Below are positions 40,952 to 52,955 of a stretch of DNA of 63,909 nucleotides, one piece after another; the first letter of the stretch is position 1; the number at the start of each line of letters is the position of its first letter. The DNA comes from Octopus bimaculoides (Eukaryota), in assembly GCF_001194135.2 (NCBI RefSeq), contig NC_068985.1:112251041-112314949 (forward strand), read 5' to 3'. A program made the position numbers and the translations under genes. The notes under the pieces are model-generated. The model saw nothing but the letters and a program-made list of their open reading frames with translations, ran no database searches and was not told where the DNA came from.

Positions 40952-41341
40952 ATAGGCTTAGGAGTGGCTGTGTGGTGAGTAGTTTGCTTACCAACCACAT
41001 GGTTCCAGTTTCAGTCCCACTGCATGGCACCTTGGGCAAGTGTCTTCTATTATAGCCTCAGGCTGACCAAAGCCTTGTGAGTAGATTTGGTAGACGGAAA
41101 CTGAAAAGAAGCCCACCATATATATGTATATGTGTGTATATGTTTGTCCCCCCCCCCCCAACATCGCTTGACAACCGATGCTGGTGTGTTTATGTCCCTG
41201 TAACTTAGCGGTTCGGCAGAAAGAGACCGATAGAATAAGTACTAGGCTTACAAAAAGAATAAGTCCTGGGGTCGATTTGCTTGACTAAAGGCGGTGCTCC
41301 AGCATGGCCACAGTCAAATGACTGAAACAAGTAAAAGAGTG
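40952..41341 (+). mobile_element. SINE family A, full length
   Basis: ggagtggctgtgtggtgagtagtttgc ... gactgaaacaagtaaaagagt. Confidence 0.85.
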
Positions 41342-41478
41342 TAGTTTTTTTGAGAGAGATTTGACTAGTCTTTCTAGCATGTTGAATGACCACATAATGG
41401 CTTCCTCATTCACTAAGTTGAGGTAGTAGCAGAAGAGGTTTTGAACACTCATTCTTGTCTGACATTTATGTGTGTGCT

Positions 41479-41523
<45 letters not shown>

Positions 41524-42480
41524 TTGGATTGTACCCCTGAGAAATAATGCTTCACCAGCTAGCCAGAAAACCACCCACCCATCCACATGCAGTAGTATCC
41601 TCAATATCTTCCTGTTCTCTAACAAGATCTGCTGCCCTGCCCTGCCCTACCCCTACCCCTATCAGGACTGACAGGAAGCTTAAAAAGCTAATCTGTGCAC
41701 TGACCCACAACTGAACAAGAACCTGTCATCAGCTAACTTTAAAGATAATGAAGTGATAATGAAGAGACACTGCTGAGACATCTATTCAGCAATATCAGTC
41801 ATCACTCACCCTCACCTCATAAATCTTTGATCACCAGCCAATGTCCTATATGTAAGAAACTAACCAACTAGTGGGGGTTGGTCTGTTGGAGGGCCAGCCC
41901 CTCGATGTTAAATAACAACAACAAGGGCAAATTCTGTTTCATCACCAGCTACATTTGGTATTTATCTATACCAGTGCTTTCCCTCCCATTATTCTCATCA
42001 TCGTCGTTGTCATCATCACCCACATCATCGTCATCACTATCATCTTCATCGTCATTGTCATCATCATCTTCACCACCACCACTACCATCATCATCATCAT
42101 CAAAGCACCACACAGAAACCAGCAGGAGACTCTGACACAAGTAGAACAGCTAAACAAACATAATATTGTGTTGAATAACAGTGGATATATTTATAAAGAT
42201 ATAAAAAAAAGAAAAGAAAAATACCCAGCAAAGTGAATTATCTTAGAAATACAATACCAAATAGGGATCTTCAAACTGGCATTGAGCTCTTTGAATTCTT
42301 AGATATTGAAACAGCGGCAAGTAAGTTGAAAAGGCACAGCGCCAGATTAAAACTGTTATTGAGTTTCGTATTGCTTATCAGCACCAGTTTCAAGTTGAGT
42401 AGAAGAGAATCAATCCCAATATTATTTAAGCCAACAATTAACTCCCCAACCACCAACCCTACTATTACGCAAACCCCAAA

Positions 42481-42600
42481 CTGAATCAAGCTCCAACTTC
42501 AATATTATTAAAATTCTGAACTGAATCAAGCTCCAACTTCAATATTATTAAAATTCTGAACTGAATCAAGCTCAAACCCTAATATTATAGAAACTCCTAA
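42481..42600. repeat. 40-bp tandem repeat (about 3 units) with degenerate continuation to about 42760
   Basis: ctgaatcaagctccaacttcaatattattaaaattctgaa at 42481 and 42521, partial at 42561. Confidence 0.9.
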
Positions 42601-43235
42601 TGTAATGAAGCCCCCAACATCAATGATATTCAAACCCTGAACTTAATTAAGTTCAAGTCCTGATATTATAAAAAAACCCTAAAAAAATCAGCCCGCAATC
42701 CTAATATTATATAAACTCCAACTCATCATCCAAAATATACAAACCCACAATTAACACAACTCCTAATATTTATTTCTTTATTGCCCACAAGGGGCTAAAC
42801 ATAGAGGGGACAAACAAGGACAGACAAAGGGATTAAGTTGATTACATTGATCCCAGTGCATAACTGGTACTTATTTAATCGACCCCCGAAAGGATGAAAG
42901 CCAAAGTCGACCTCGGTGAAATTTGAACTCAGAACGTTTCGTTCAGCATGCTAACGAATCTGCCAGCGCGCCGCCTTAACAACTAATATTACATACAACA
43001 ATGTCAATGGATAGATAGATAGATAAATTAAAATCCATTATTACACAACTACACAATTCAGTCATCGAACTGCGGCCATACTGGGGGCATTCAGCCATAG
43101 ACAATCTGCCTTGATGAATTCTGCTCAACCCATGCAAGCAAGGAAAAGTGGACATTAAAATGATGATAATAATGATGATAGTATGTGTTCAGTGTTGGTC
43201 AGAGCAGGGATGACAAAGTACTCTGTCAAATTTAC

Positions 43236-43256
43236 CGTTCCTCATAAACCGCAGAC
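43236..43256 (-). CDS. Caskin: Candidate 21-nt phase 1-1 micro-exon of Caskin, peptide (G/C)LRFMRN(G/A)
   Basis: aatttaatttgtaagcctcttTGCtccatcag|GT CTG CGG TTT ATG AGG AAC G|gtaaat. Open in phase 1, symmetric, UGC at -11. Confidence 0.4.
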
Positions 43257-43571
43257 CTGATGGAGCAAAGAGGCTTACAAATTAAATTCTTCCTACACTA
43301 TCAGTCAATGGAAGAACCCATCTCAACCGTTTGCTCTCTGTCATGGAATTTTCATAGACTATACAAAGATGGTTTACTGTTGTCTTTGTTTGGAAATTTA
43401 TAGGAAACCTTATCTTATTAGCTAGTTAGAAATAAATTCAACACAGGTGCCTGGGTACAGACAACTTGGCTGGAATAAATACATCATTGTAACAGCAAAA
43501 GGAACCAACAGAGCAGGTACAAGACTTAAAAAAAAAAAAATATTGGGATTGTTTTGTTCAAGGTAATGCCC

Positions 43572-43847
43572 CAGCATACTCTTTTATTCTTTTACTTGTT
43601 TCAGTCATTTGACTGCAGCCATGCTGGAGCACCGCCTTTAGTCGAGAAAATCGACCCCAGGACTTATTCTATCGGTCTCTTTTTGCCGAACCGCTAAGTT
43701 ATGGGTACGTAAACACACCAGCATCAGTTGTCAAGCAATGGTGGGGGGACAAACATATATATATATGACGGGCTTCTTTCAGTTTCCGTCTATCAAATCC
43801 ACTCACAAGGCTTTGGTCGGTCCAAGGCTACAGTAGAAGACACTTGC
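43572..43847 (-). mobile_element. SINE family A (5' part lost in a gap)
   Basis: Reverse complement of the 40952-41341 copy. Confidence 0.8.
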
Positions 43848-44463
43848 NNNNNNNNNNNNNNNNNNNNNNNNNNNNNNNNNNNNNNNNNNNNNNNNNNNNN
43901 NNNNNNNNNNNNNNNNNNNNNNNNNNNNNNNNNNNNNNNNNNNNNNNNNNNNNNNNNNNNNNNNNNNNNNNNNNNNNNNNNNNNNNNNNNNNNNNNNNNN
44001 NNNNNNNNNNNNNNNNNNNNNNNNNNNNNNNNNNNNNNNNNNNNNNNNNNNNNNNNNNNNNNNNNNNNNNNNNNNNNNNNNNNNNNNNNNNNNNNNNNNN
44101 NNNNNNNNNNNNNNNNNNNNNNNNNNNNNNNNNNNNNNNNNNNNNNNNNNNNNNNNNNNNNNNNNNNNNNNNNNNNNNNNNNNNNNNNNNNNNNNNNNNN
44201 NNNNNNNNNNNNNNNNNNNNNNNNNNNNNNNNNNNNNNNNNNNNNNNNNNNNNNNNNNNNNNNNNNNNNNNNNNNNNNNNNNNNNNNNNNNNNNNNNNNN
44301 NNNNNNNNNNNNNNNNNNNNNNNNNNNNNNNNNNNNNNNNNNNNNNNNNNNNNNNNNNNNNNNNNNNNNNNNNNNNNNNNNNNNNNNNNNNNNNNNNNNN
44401 NNNNNNNNNNNNNNGGTTGAATAAAATAATTTTGTTTATTGCATGAAATATCGATGGAGGGCT

Positions 44464-44912
44464 TTAACCCTTTAGCGTTCAGAATAATTTGTCAAAAGTA
44501 ATCCTTATTTATTCACATTAAAAAAAATTTATCTGATATTATTTTGTAGCTTCAAGATAGGAAAGATGTAATTACTTATTTTTAGAATGACATTGCATGG
44601 TAGGTGTGAGATGCTGGTTCTGGCCAGTTTGAGTATAAAATGTGTAGAATATTTGGGCCGGATACAGCCGGTTTAAACACTAAAGGGTTAACCATTTACC
44701 ATTTAAACTAGCCGGATCCAGCCAGAAGTATTCTAAATGTTCAATGTTCCAACCGGCCAGATCTGTCCTCTCACACCAACCCTAATATCATTCTGAAAAC
44801 TAACATTTTTGTCATCAAAATCTCATAGCTATAAAGATAATGCCTGATTAATTCAAAACAATGTAAATTAATAAACATTACATTTGACAGAATGTGAATA
44901 CTAAAAGGTTAA
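44464..44912. mobile_element. Two piggyBac-like MITEs in inverted orientation sharing a central TTAA; related copies at about 5362-5590 and 53743-53960
   Basis: TTAA|ccctttagcgttc ... ctaaaggg|TTAA|ccatttacc ... ctaaaagg|TTAA; the interior of the second is the reverse complement of the first. Confidence 0.75.
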
Positions 44913-44999
44913 TTTAGATGTCTTTAAAACAAGCTTGTATCATAGAACCAAGGGTGGTCTCAAACAAGTTGGTATCAAAATGGTTAATATTTGGAAAGT

Positions 45000-45400
45000 A
45001 ATTCAGGATGGTCATATTTTTTTCTTGCTCAATAAACATATGCGTTATATATTCATTTTTATTCCATGTCCATTGTCTGAAAATCTTTTCTCACACACCT
45101 GTGACCTCTTCATCGGCTCTATCCCATGTATCGCCTCCTGTTCTGTTTAACCCATTCTGAATGGTCATACATTTGTGACCTCTTCAGCAACTCTTCTATC
45201 CCACATGTCTCCTCCTGTTCTCTTTAATCTATTCTAAACAGGAGGATACATGTGGGATGGAAGAACTGCTGAGGAGGTCATAGGTGTGTGACAAAAGATT
45301 TTCAGACAATGGACATAAGATAAAATAACAGCAAATACAAAGTGTGTGTGTGTGTGTGCTTATTTGGAAAGAAAAAAAATGACCATCCTGAAATACAACA
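45000..45400. repeat. Long fold-back (MITE-like) element, arms about 150 bp
   Basis: ttcaggatggtcat...tgtccattgtctgaaaatctttt...cctcctgtt pairs with aacaggagg...aaaagattttcagacaatggaca...atgaccatcctgaa. Confidence 0.8.
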
Positions 45401-45809
45401 ATATTTGTTTCAATACACGATTTCACATTAAGAATCTTGCCAAACAAATTTATAAACATAAAAAAATCATGTTCAAGTCAAAAATAAACAACACCCTATT
45501 AACCCCTGACCTGTCTAAAGCATTTTTATAGGTTTTACCTAAACGCCGAAGCAAGTTTTTCACTTTTTAGTTAGCCCTTTTTTCATACATTCTTATATAA
45601 AGCTTCCTTTATTTCTTTCCGTAAGGCCAAAGTTACTTGGGTGGTTGTAGAAAAACTGGGAATATTCATCATATATGATGTATGGACGTCAGGGAAATAT
45701 GCATACAGGTAAGCTCACCACCATCAATTCACTGCAGGGAAAGTTCTCTGCCATCAATTTACTGTGAAAAAAGTTCACCAAGAAAATATATCCATAGTAT
45801 CTCTCTGTT

Positions 45810-46152
45810 CATCATCATCATTGTCGTTTAATGTCCGCTTTCCATGCTAGCATGGGTTGGATGATTTGACTGAGGACTGGTGAACCAGATGGCTACACCA
45901 GGCTCCAATCTGATTTGGCAGTGTTTCTACAGCTGGATGCCCTTCCTAACGCACACCACTCCGAGAGTGTAGTGGGTGCTTTTATGTGCCACCGGCACGA
46001 AGGCCAGTCAGGAGGTACTGGCAACGGCCACGCTCGAAATGGTGTATTTTACGTGCCACCTGCACAGGGGCCAGTCCAGCGGTACTGGCAACAAACTCAT
46101 TCGAATGTCTTTTCACGTGCCACTGGCACAAGTGCCAGGAAGGCGATGTTGG
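45810..46152 (-). mobile_element. RTE 3' end (family B), young copy
   Basis: (CAT)n tail on the left; high similarity to other copies. Confidence 0.85.
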
Positions 46153-46384
46153 TTAATAGTTGTAAACTATTTTATCGAAAAAAAGTGGTGAATTGATGAC
46201 GTTAAACTTTCTCTGTGATGAATTGATGATGGTGAATTTACCGGGTGAAATATATCCTGTGAATCCCATATAGTACACAGGTCAGGGTAAAGAGTTAAAA
46301 TATTTTGTGGAAGAAGGATAACGATAAATGAATGGATGGTCAGTCTTAATTTCTTACACTTGAAACTTTGTGCATTCATATATG

Positions 46385-46716
46385 TTGCCAGTACTGCCTG
46401 ACTGGCCTTCGTAGGATTTTCGAGCGAGATCGTTGCCAGTGCCCCTGGACTGGCTCTTGTGCGGGTGGCACATAAAATACACCATTTGAGTGTGGCCGTT
46501 GCCAGTACCGTCTGACTGGCCTTCATGCGGGTGACACGTAAAAGAACCCACTACACTCTCTGAGTGGTTGGCATTAGGAAGGGCATCCAGCTGTAGAAAC
46601 TCTGCCAAATCAGATTGGAGCCTGGTGTTGCCATCCGGTTTCACCAGTCCTCAGTCAAATCGTCCAACCCATGCTAGCATGGAAAGCGGACGTTAAACGA
46701 TGATGATGATGATGAT
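46385..46716 (+). mobile_element. RTE 3' end (family B), young copy, inverted relative to 45810-46152
   Basis: Ends ggaaagcggacgttaaacgatgatgatgatgatgat. Confidence 0.85.
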
Positions 46717-47126
46717 ATATGCCAGCACAGAATGGAATGGAAAACTGATGTTAAATGATGATGATTATGTACTCTCCTGGCATTAAATGACATATGAGGG
46801 TTCTGCAATTTCTTGCCAAACAATTTCACAGGTGATTTGTTTATTGTGACCAATTATTTGTGTTGCATGCAAGTTCACTTGCTCCATCAAATCAACACTA
46901 TTGTCTGTACAGGTGCATGGTGTGCCACACATCAAATATTGAAATGATCACAGAGCAATGTGAAAGGAAGTGTTTTATTCAAGAACACAAGGGACTGCTT
47001 GGTCTGAGAATCGAACCCATTATCATGCAATTGTGAGTGCAACACCCTACCCAATAGGCCATATGTTTTATATATATATGATCATCATCAGCATCATCGT
47101 TTAACGTCCGCTTTCCATACTAGCAT

Positions 47127-47164
<38 letters not shown>

Positions 47165-47167
<3 letters not shown>

Positions 47168-47480
47168 GTGTGTGGCTTAGTGGTTAGGGTATTCAGCTCT
47201 TTCATAAGGTCATGAGTTCAATTCCTGGTGACGTGTGCCCTTGAGCAAGACACTTTATTTCACATTGCTCCAGTCTACTCAGCTGGTAAAAATGAGTAGT
47301 GCCTGTATTTCAAAGGGCCAGCTTTGTCACACTCTGTATCATGCTGAATCTCCCTGAGAACTATGTTAAGGGTACACACATCTGTGGAGTGCTCAGCCAC
47401 TTGCACATTAATTTCACGAGTAGGTTGTTCCGTTGATCGGATCAACTGGAACCCTCGTTGCCATAACTAACAGTGCCAGT
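47165..47480 (+). mobile_element. SINE family D, full length. Others at about 61045-61350, 40385-40610, 46950-47065, 15830-15985 (minus) and 2060-2172 (plus)
   Basis: tRNA-like head gtgtggcttagtggttagggtattc...gagttcaattcc, core cccttgagcaagacactttatttcacattgctccagtc.actcagctgg, 3' end gatcggatcaactggaaccctcg. Confidence 0.75.
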
Positions 47481-48477
47481 TATATATATATANNNNNNNN
47501 NNNNNNNNNNNNNNNNNNNNNNNNNNNNNNNNNNNNNNNNNNNNNNNNNNNNNNNNNNNNNNNNNNNNNNNNNNNNNNNNNNNNNNNNNNNNNNNNNNNN
47601 NNNNNNNNNNNNNNNNNNNNNNNNNNNNNNNNNNNNNNNNNNNNNNNNNNNNNNNNNNNNNNNNNNNNNNNNNNNNNNNNNNNNNNNNNNNNNNNNNNNN
47701 NNNNNNNNNNNNNNNNNNNNNNNNNNNNNNNNNNNNNNNNNNNNNNNNNNNNNNNNNNNNNNNNNNNNNNNNNNNNNNNNNNNNNNNNNNNNNNNNNNNN
47801 NNNNNNNNNNNNNNNNNNNNNNNNNNNNNNNNNNNNNNNNNNNNNNNNNNNNNNNNNNNNNNNNNNNNNNNNNNNNNNNNNNNNNNNNNNNNNNNNNNNN
47901 NNNNNNNNNNNNNNNNNNNNNNNNNNNNNNNNNNNNNNNNNNNNNNNNNNNNNNNNNNNNNNNNNNNNNNNNNNNNNNNNNNNNNNNNNNNNNNNNNNNN
48001 NNNNNNNNNNNNNNNNNNNNNNNNNNNNNNNNNNNNNNNNNNNNNNNNNNNNNNNNNNNNNNNNNNNNNNNNNNNNNNNNNNNNNNNNNNNNNNNNNNNN
48101 NNNNNNNNNNNNNNNNNNNACAATAATTATTATTATTATTAATAATAATAATAATAATGATGATAATAATGTCATTTTAATGATGATAAAAGCAGGAAAG
48201 GAAGAACAAAAGCAAAGAAATATTTCACATTTGTTTGTTTACATTTGAAAATTTCCACCATTTTTACTCTTGCAGTGCCACAAGCAGCTGGCATTGCTGA
48301 AGAATTCCATTCTGTTTTATTCCATTCCATGATCTCCTTACCACCACCACCACTATCGTCTCTTCAACAGAAGCCACAGTAGAAAAAAAAACCCCCCCCA
48401 AAAAAACCCCAAAGAACAAACAATACTGACAATTCAATACAATACAATATTATATAGCGATGGTAGCAGCGCTTTAC

Positions 48478-48513
48478 CATATTCCTCGTTAATCAGCTCA
48501 TCGACCTTAATAT
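48478..48513 (-). CDS. Caskin: Candidate 36-nt phase 1-1 micro-exon of Caskin, peptide (Y)IKVDELINEEY(G)
   Basis: tttataatttttcaagTGCaccaattcag|AT ATT AAG GTC GAT GAG CTG ATT AAC GAG GAA TAT G|gtaaag. Open in the phase required by the SH3 exon, length divisible by 3, UGC at -13. The donor is only moderate. Confidence 0.45.
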
Positions 48514-50115
48514 CTGAATTGGTGCACTTGAAAAATTATAAACCAAACACACTAAGTGATCCACGACCACCACCGAGAAAGAAGGAAAGAAACAAACAAA
48601 GCAGGTTATAAAAAGGAGGAGGAAAAGGTAGAGGAGGAGGAGGAGGAGGAGGAAGAAGAAGAGGAAATAGAAGGTGTTGTATGGTATTGTTTGTTTATTT
48701 ATTCAACCATTTATTGACTTTGCTCTTAATCAAAGGAACTCCCTGAATGAACAGCACAACACTGGGTAAACATGTTTTAAAGCCGGTCGTTTGTTAAGTT
48801 TGTTATGCGGCTCCGAGCTCGAGTGCTCACCAGAAGAATGGAAAAGAGTTATGTCAGTCTTTCATCCCTATCTATCTATTGATGCTGCTGCTGTTTCTAT
48901 CACTACCACAACTACTACCATTACGACCACAACTGATACTTCTATTACGCGCCACCACCACCACCACCACTACTACTACTACATCTGATATTGCTGCCAT
49001 CACCACCACTGTTACTACTGCCACTGCTACTGCCACCATCACCTCCACCACTGCCAACCACGATTACTACCACCACCACCATTGCTGTCTCGGCCACTAC
49101 CATCACCACCCCTCTATCTCCACTGATCACTACCAATGTGGAAGGATGAGGTGACTGGCATCATTGTAGCAGAAACAACACAATGTTTCTATAACAAAAA
49201 CCTCACCACCATCATCATCATCACTACAGTTGTCTAATGTCTGTACATATCAATACATAGGCACATTCATGGCTGTGTGGTAAGGAGATTGCTTCCCACC
49301 CACATGGTTCTGGGTTCAGTCCCAGTGCATGGCACCTCAGGCAGATGTCTTCTACTATAGCTTCAGGCTCACTAAAGCCTTGTGAGTGGATTTGGTAAAC
49401 AGAAAAAACAGAAACTGAAAGAATCCCGTTATTATGTGTATGTGTGTGTGTGCGGGTGTGTCTTTCTGCTTGTGTTTGTCCACCCATCCACCACTTGACA
49501 ACTGGTGTTGGTGTGTTTAACTCCCCATAACTTAGCAGTGTGGCAAAAGAGACCGATAGAATAAGAGCTAGGCTTTAGAAAGAGGTCAATTTGTTTGACT
49601 AAAACCCTTCAAGGCGGTACTCCAGTATGGTCGCAGTCAAATGACTTAAACACATAAAAAAAAAAGAAAATAGAATTAAAGAATGTAAAACACACACAGA
49701 GCAACAACATCAACATCAGTTACAGACCGAAAGAATGGTTTGAGTGTTGGACAAAATATACTCGTCCTCATCATGTTTTTTCTTTTATATGGCTGGGTGC
49801 TCTTCATGTCACCAACCCTTACCCGTTTCCAAGTGAGATGCTATTTCCACATGGTCAGGTATGTTTCTATGGCAGAAGGGAAATGAATAGCATTGCTTGT
49901 CTGAAGGTGGTAATCATTGACAACCATCATGTGATGCCAACACAGGGCTACACACAAATATCAGCATCATCATTTAACATCAATTGTCCATGCTGGCATG
50001 GGTTGGACGGTGTGACCAGAGCTAGCAAGCCAGGTGGCTGCACCACCAGACTCCAACCTGATTTGGCATGGTTTCTACAGCTGGATGCCTTCCCTAATGC
50101 CAATGCCCTTCCTAA

Positions 50116-50148
<33 letters not shown>

Positions 50149-50174
50149 TATGCATACAGAATGGCGAAAGAAGA

Positions 50175-50480
50175 TTTGAAGACTATAGATCCAAGCCACC
50201 ACTGGAACTGTAAAAATCTGTCAAGCTTTCAAGAAGTTTATCATCTAAGTACATATGCCTGTGTCTAGACATGCGACTATATGCATGAGAATACATACAT
50301 AAAACAAAATATAACAAATCTGTACATGCACCGTCTCCAAATACTGCATGTGTACATATATACGAGCAAAAATACTCTGTTGATGTTGTTGAAATGCCAA
50401 TGAAGGAGCCTTAGATCTAGGTTAGAAACCGATTCTTTCTCTAGTGGAACGAAAGCTTGAAATAAAACTGAATGATCAAA
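50175..50480 (+). mobile_element. Second copy of the R4/Dong-like 3' end
   Basis: IQATTGTVKICQAFKKFII* followed by the same UTR (ctagatctaggttagaaaccgattctttctct) as the 33985-34445 copy. Confidence 0.5.
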
Positions 50481-50944
50481 CAAACACACACATGTTTGTG
50501 CTTCTTGCAGTTTCCATCCCCCAAATCCACTCACAGGTGTTCGGCTGACCTGGAGTTTTAGCAGAAGACAGTCGAGGTTGAACCTGAGACCATATGTTTG
50601 GAAAGCAGGCTTCTTAACCACACAGCCACACCTTGTGATATTTAGTTATGTGTTCAAATCCTGCTGAGGTTGGCTTTACCTTGCACCATTCTGGGAGTTG
50701 AGAAGACAAAAGAACTAGTTAAGTACCGCAGACAATTTAATCAACTTTAATTCTTTCGCATTTATACCGACCATATCTGACCCAAATATCCTACAAGTTT
50801 CATGTTCAAGCTGGACAGATCCTACCTCTCATGCTTACCCTACACTATCATCCTAAAAGTGAATAATCACATCACTGAAATCTGAAAGTTACGAGATAAT
50901 GCTTGATTAATTCAAGATGATGTGAATGTGTTTGAGAAGACATG

Positions 50945-51322
50945 TCAAGCCTAGTGAAATCATAGTCGTGGACGATGTCAGTGTCACGTAAATTGCACCC
51001 ATGCCGCTGGCACATTAAACCCACCTTTCGAGTGTTGGACCTCATGGAGGCAATGACAAGTGACCGAGACCTTTGGCAATATGCTGTGCTTGAGTAGAAG
51101 ATCCACCATCAAGCCAAGTGAAATCATAGTTGTGGCAGATATTGATGTCATACAACTGGCATGCAAAAGCATCCATTACACTCTCGAAGTGGTTGGCACC
51201 AGGAAGGGCATCCAGCCGTAGAAACCATGCCAAATCCGACTGGAGTCTGGTGCGGCCCCTCAATTTACCAGCCCTAGTCAAGCCATCCAAATTATACCAG
51301 CATGGACAATGGACATTAAAGA

Positions 51323-51385
<63 letters not shown>
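50945..51385 (+). mobile_element. RTE ORF end plus 3' UTR with a long (GAT)n tail
   Basis: LMEAMTSDRDLWQYAVLE, then the family-B UTR and a (GAT) tract of about 20 units. Confidence 0.75.
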
Positions 51386-52955
51386 CATTTGACAGAGTAA
51401 TCTGAATGCAAAAGGGTTAAGCTTCCCTAAAACTGTGTCACTTTGATCCAATGTTAGAAATCTATTGATCTATAAAGTATCATAGCTAGCCAAGCTTTCA
51501 CTTTAAACCTTTTGTTTTCCATATTTCTGTTGAAAATCACTACCTTTATTTCAATTAAGTTTGAAAATAATGAGGCATTTAGGATAATGACTTTGTCATA
51601 ATTAAGCTGGCGTTTACAACATAACATGAAATTTTAATGGAAAGTTCTGGTTTAGATTAATATTAATGCTTGTTACCCTTTTGTCTTACCCATGCTAGCA
51701 CAGAAAACAGACATCAAATGATGTTGATGATTTCTACTTAAATACATTGCCTTTGTTTTGGATTAATTTTGAAAATAATGAAAAATTTAGTAAAACAACT
51801 TTGGCATTATTCAGGTGGTGTTTTGAACATAAATTAACATGAAATTTTAATGAAAGGATTTTAGATCACTTTAAAACAGCAAGTTTGTATCACAGAATAG
51901 GGCTGGCCTCTGATAGGTTCATATAAAAATGGTTAAAACCACTAACTGTTTCATCTCTGATTAGCTCCAGACTACACATCCTCTTTTCATCATGAGTAAT
52001 AATAATAATTGGTACAAAAGATGGGCTACAGCACATATTCTGCTCAATACCACAGATTTACTTGACCTTAATCAGTTAAGCATGTCTCTTGGTGGCTGAC
52101 GATATGTGCATCTCTGATCAGGAGTAGAAGTAGTGGAGGAGCTTCATAACCATGTGTTGAGAGGAATTCTTTGGGATTTGAATAATTCACTTCTGGAAAC
52201 ATGGGTGTTTCATTCAACATCCTTAAACAACCCTTATTCAGGGACCTTTTGAGGGGGATGGGTTACTCGACCTGAAGAAAATTTTAACTGGACCCCACCT
52301 GCAAGGTCATGTGCTATTTATCTTGATATGAGATCACCATGTTGTGTACATATGGTTGTGATGCATGTGCCTGGTGTACCCTTATCTGACAGGTAGTAAT
52401 GATGGGTATATTGGGCTTCGTATATTTTACCTAATGCCATTTTGATGGTATGCACTACTCTTTCAATAATAAAAATAAGTTATCATCATTATTATTATCA
52501 ACAATCATTTTCCATGTTGACTTGGGTTGAACATTTTGACAGGAACTAGCAAACTAAAAGACTGCACCAGGCTTCACTGTCTGTTTTGGCATGAATTTTA
52601 TGGCTGGATGCCCTTCCTAATGCCTACCACTTTACAGAAAGACCCGGGTACTTTTACGTGGCACCAGCGACAGTGAGGTCTGCTTTGGCATGATTTTTAC
52701 AGCTGGATGCTCTTCCGAATGCCAAAACTACCAGATGAAAGGTAAAGTTGACCTTGGTGGAATTTGAACTCAGAATGTAAAGACAGACAAAATGCTGCAA
52801 GAGTTACAGAAATATTGATGACAATTCAAAACCAACAAGAACTGGGAGATGATGCCTTAAAAGACACCACAAAGTCAAGAATGGTAGAGAAAAGTTGTCC
52901 ACGGTCTTTGTCCCATAGGGAGCAAAAAGCTTAAGTAAGTAGAAATAATACTCAC

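Noticed and set aside
41810-41845. 30-nt AG...GT segment (GACATTGG...TTATGAG)
   Set aside because: Stop codon in the required phase 1.
42233-42484. 83-aa plus-strand ORF containing a gtaagt
   Set aside because: No recognisable domain or proper acceptor; merges into a tandem repeat.
52040-52470. Sequence that looks like a dispersed repeat
   Set aside because: Only one copy in the window and no interpretable ORF, so it cannot be classified from this sequence.
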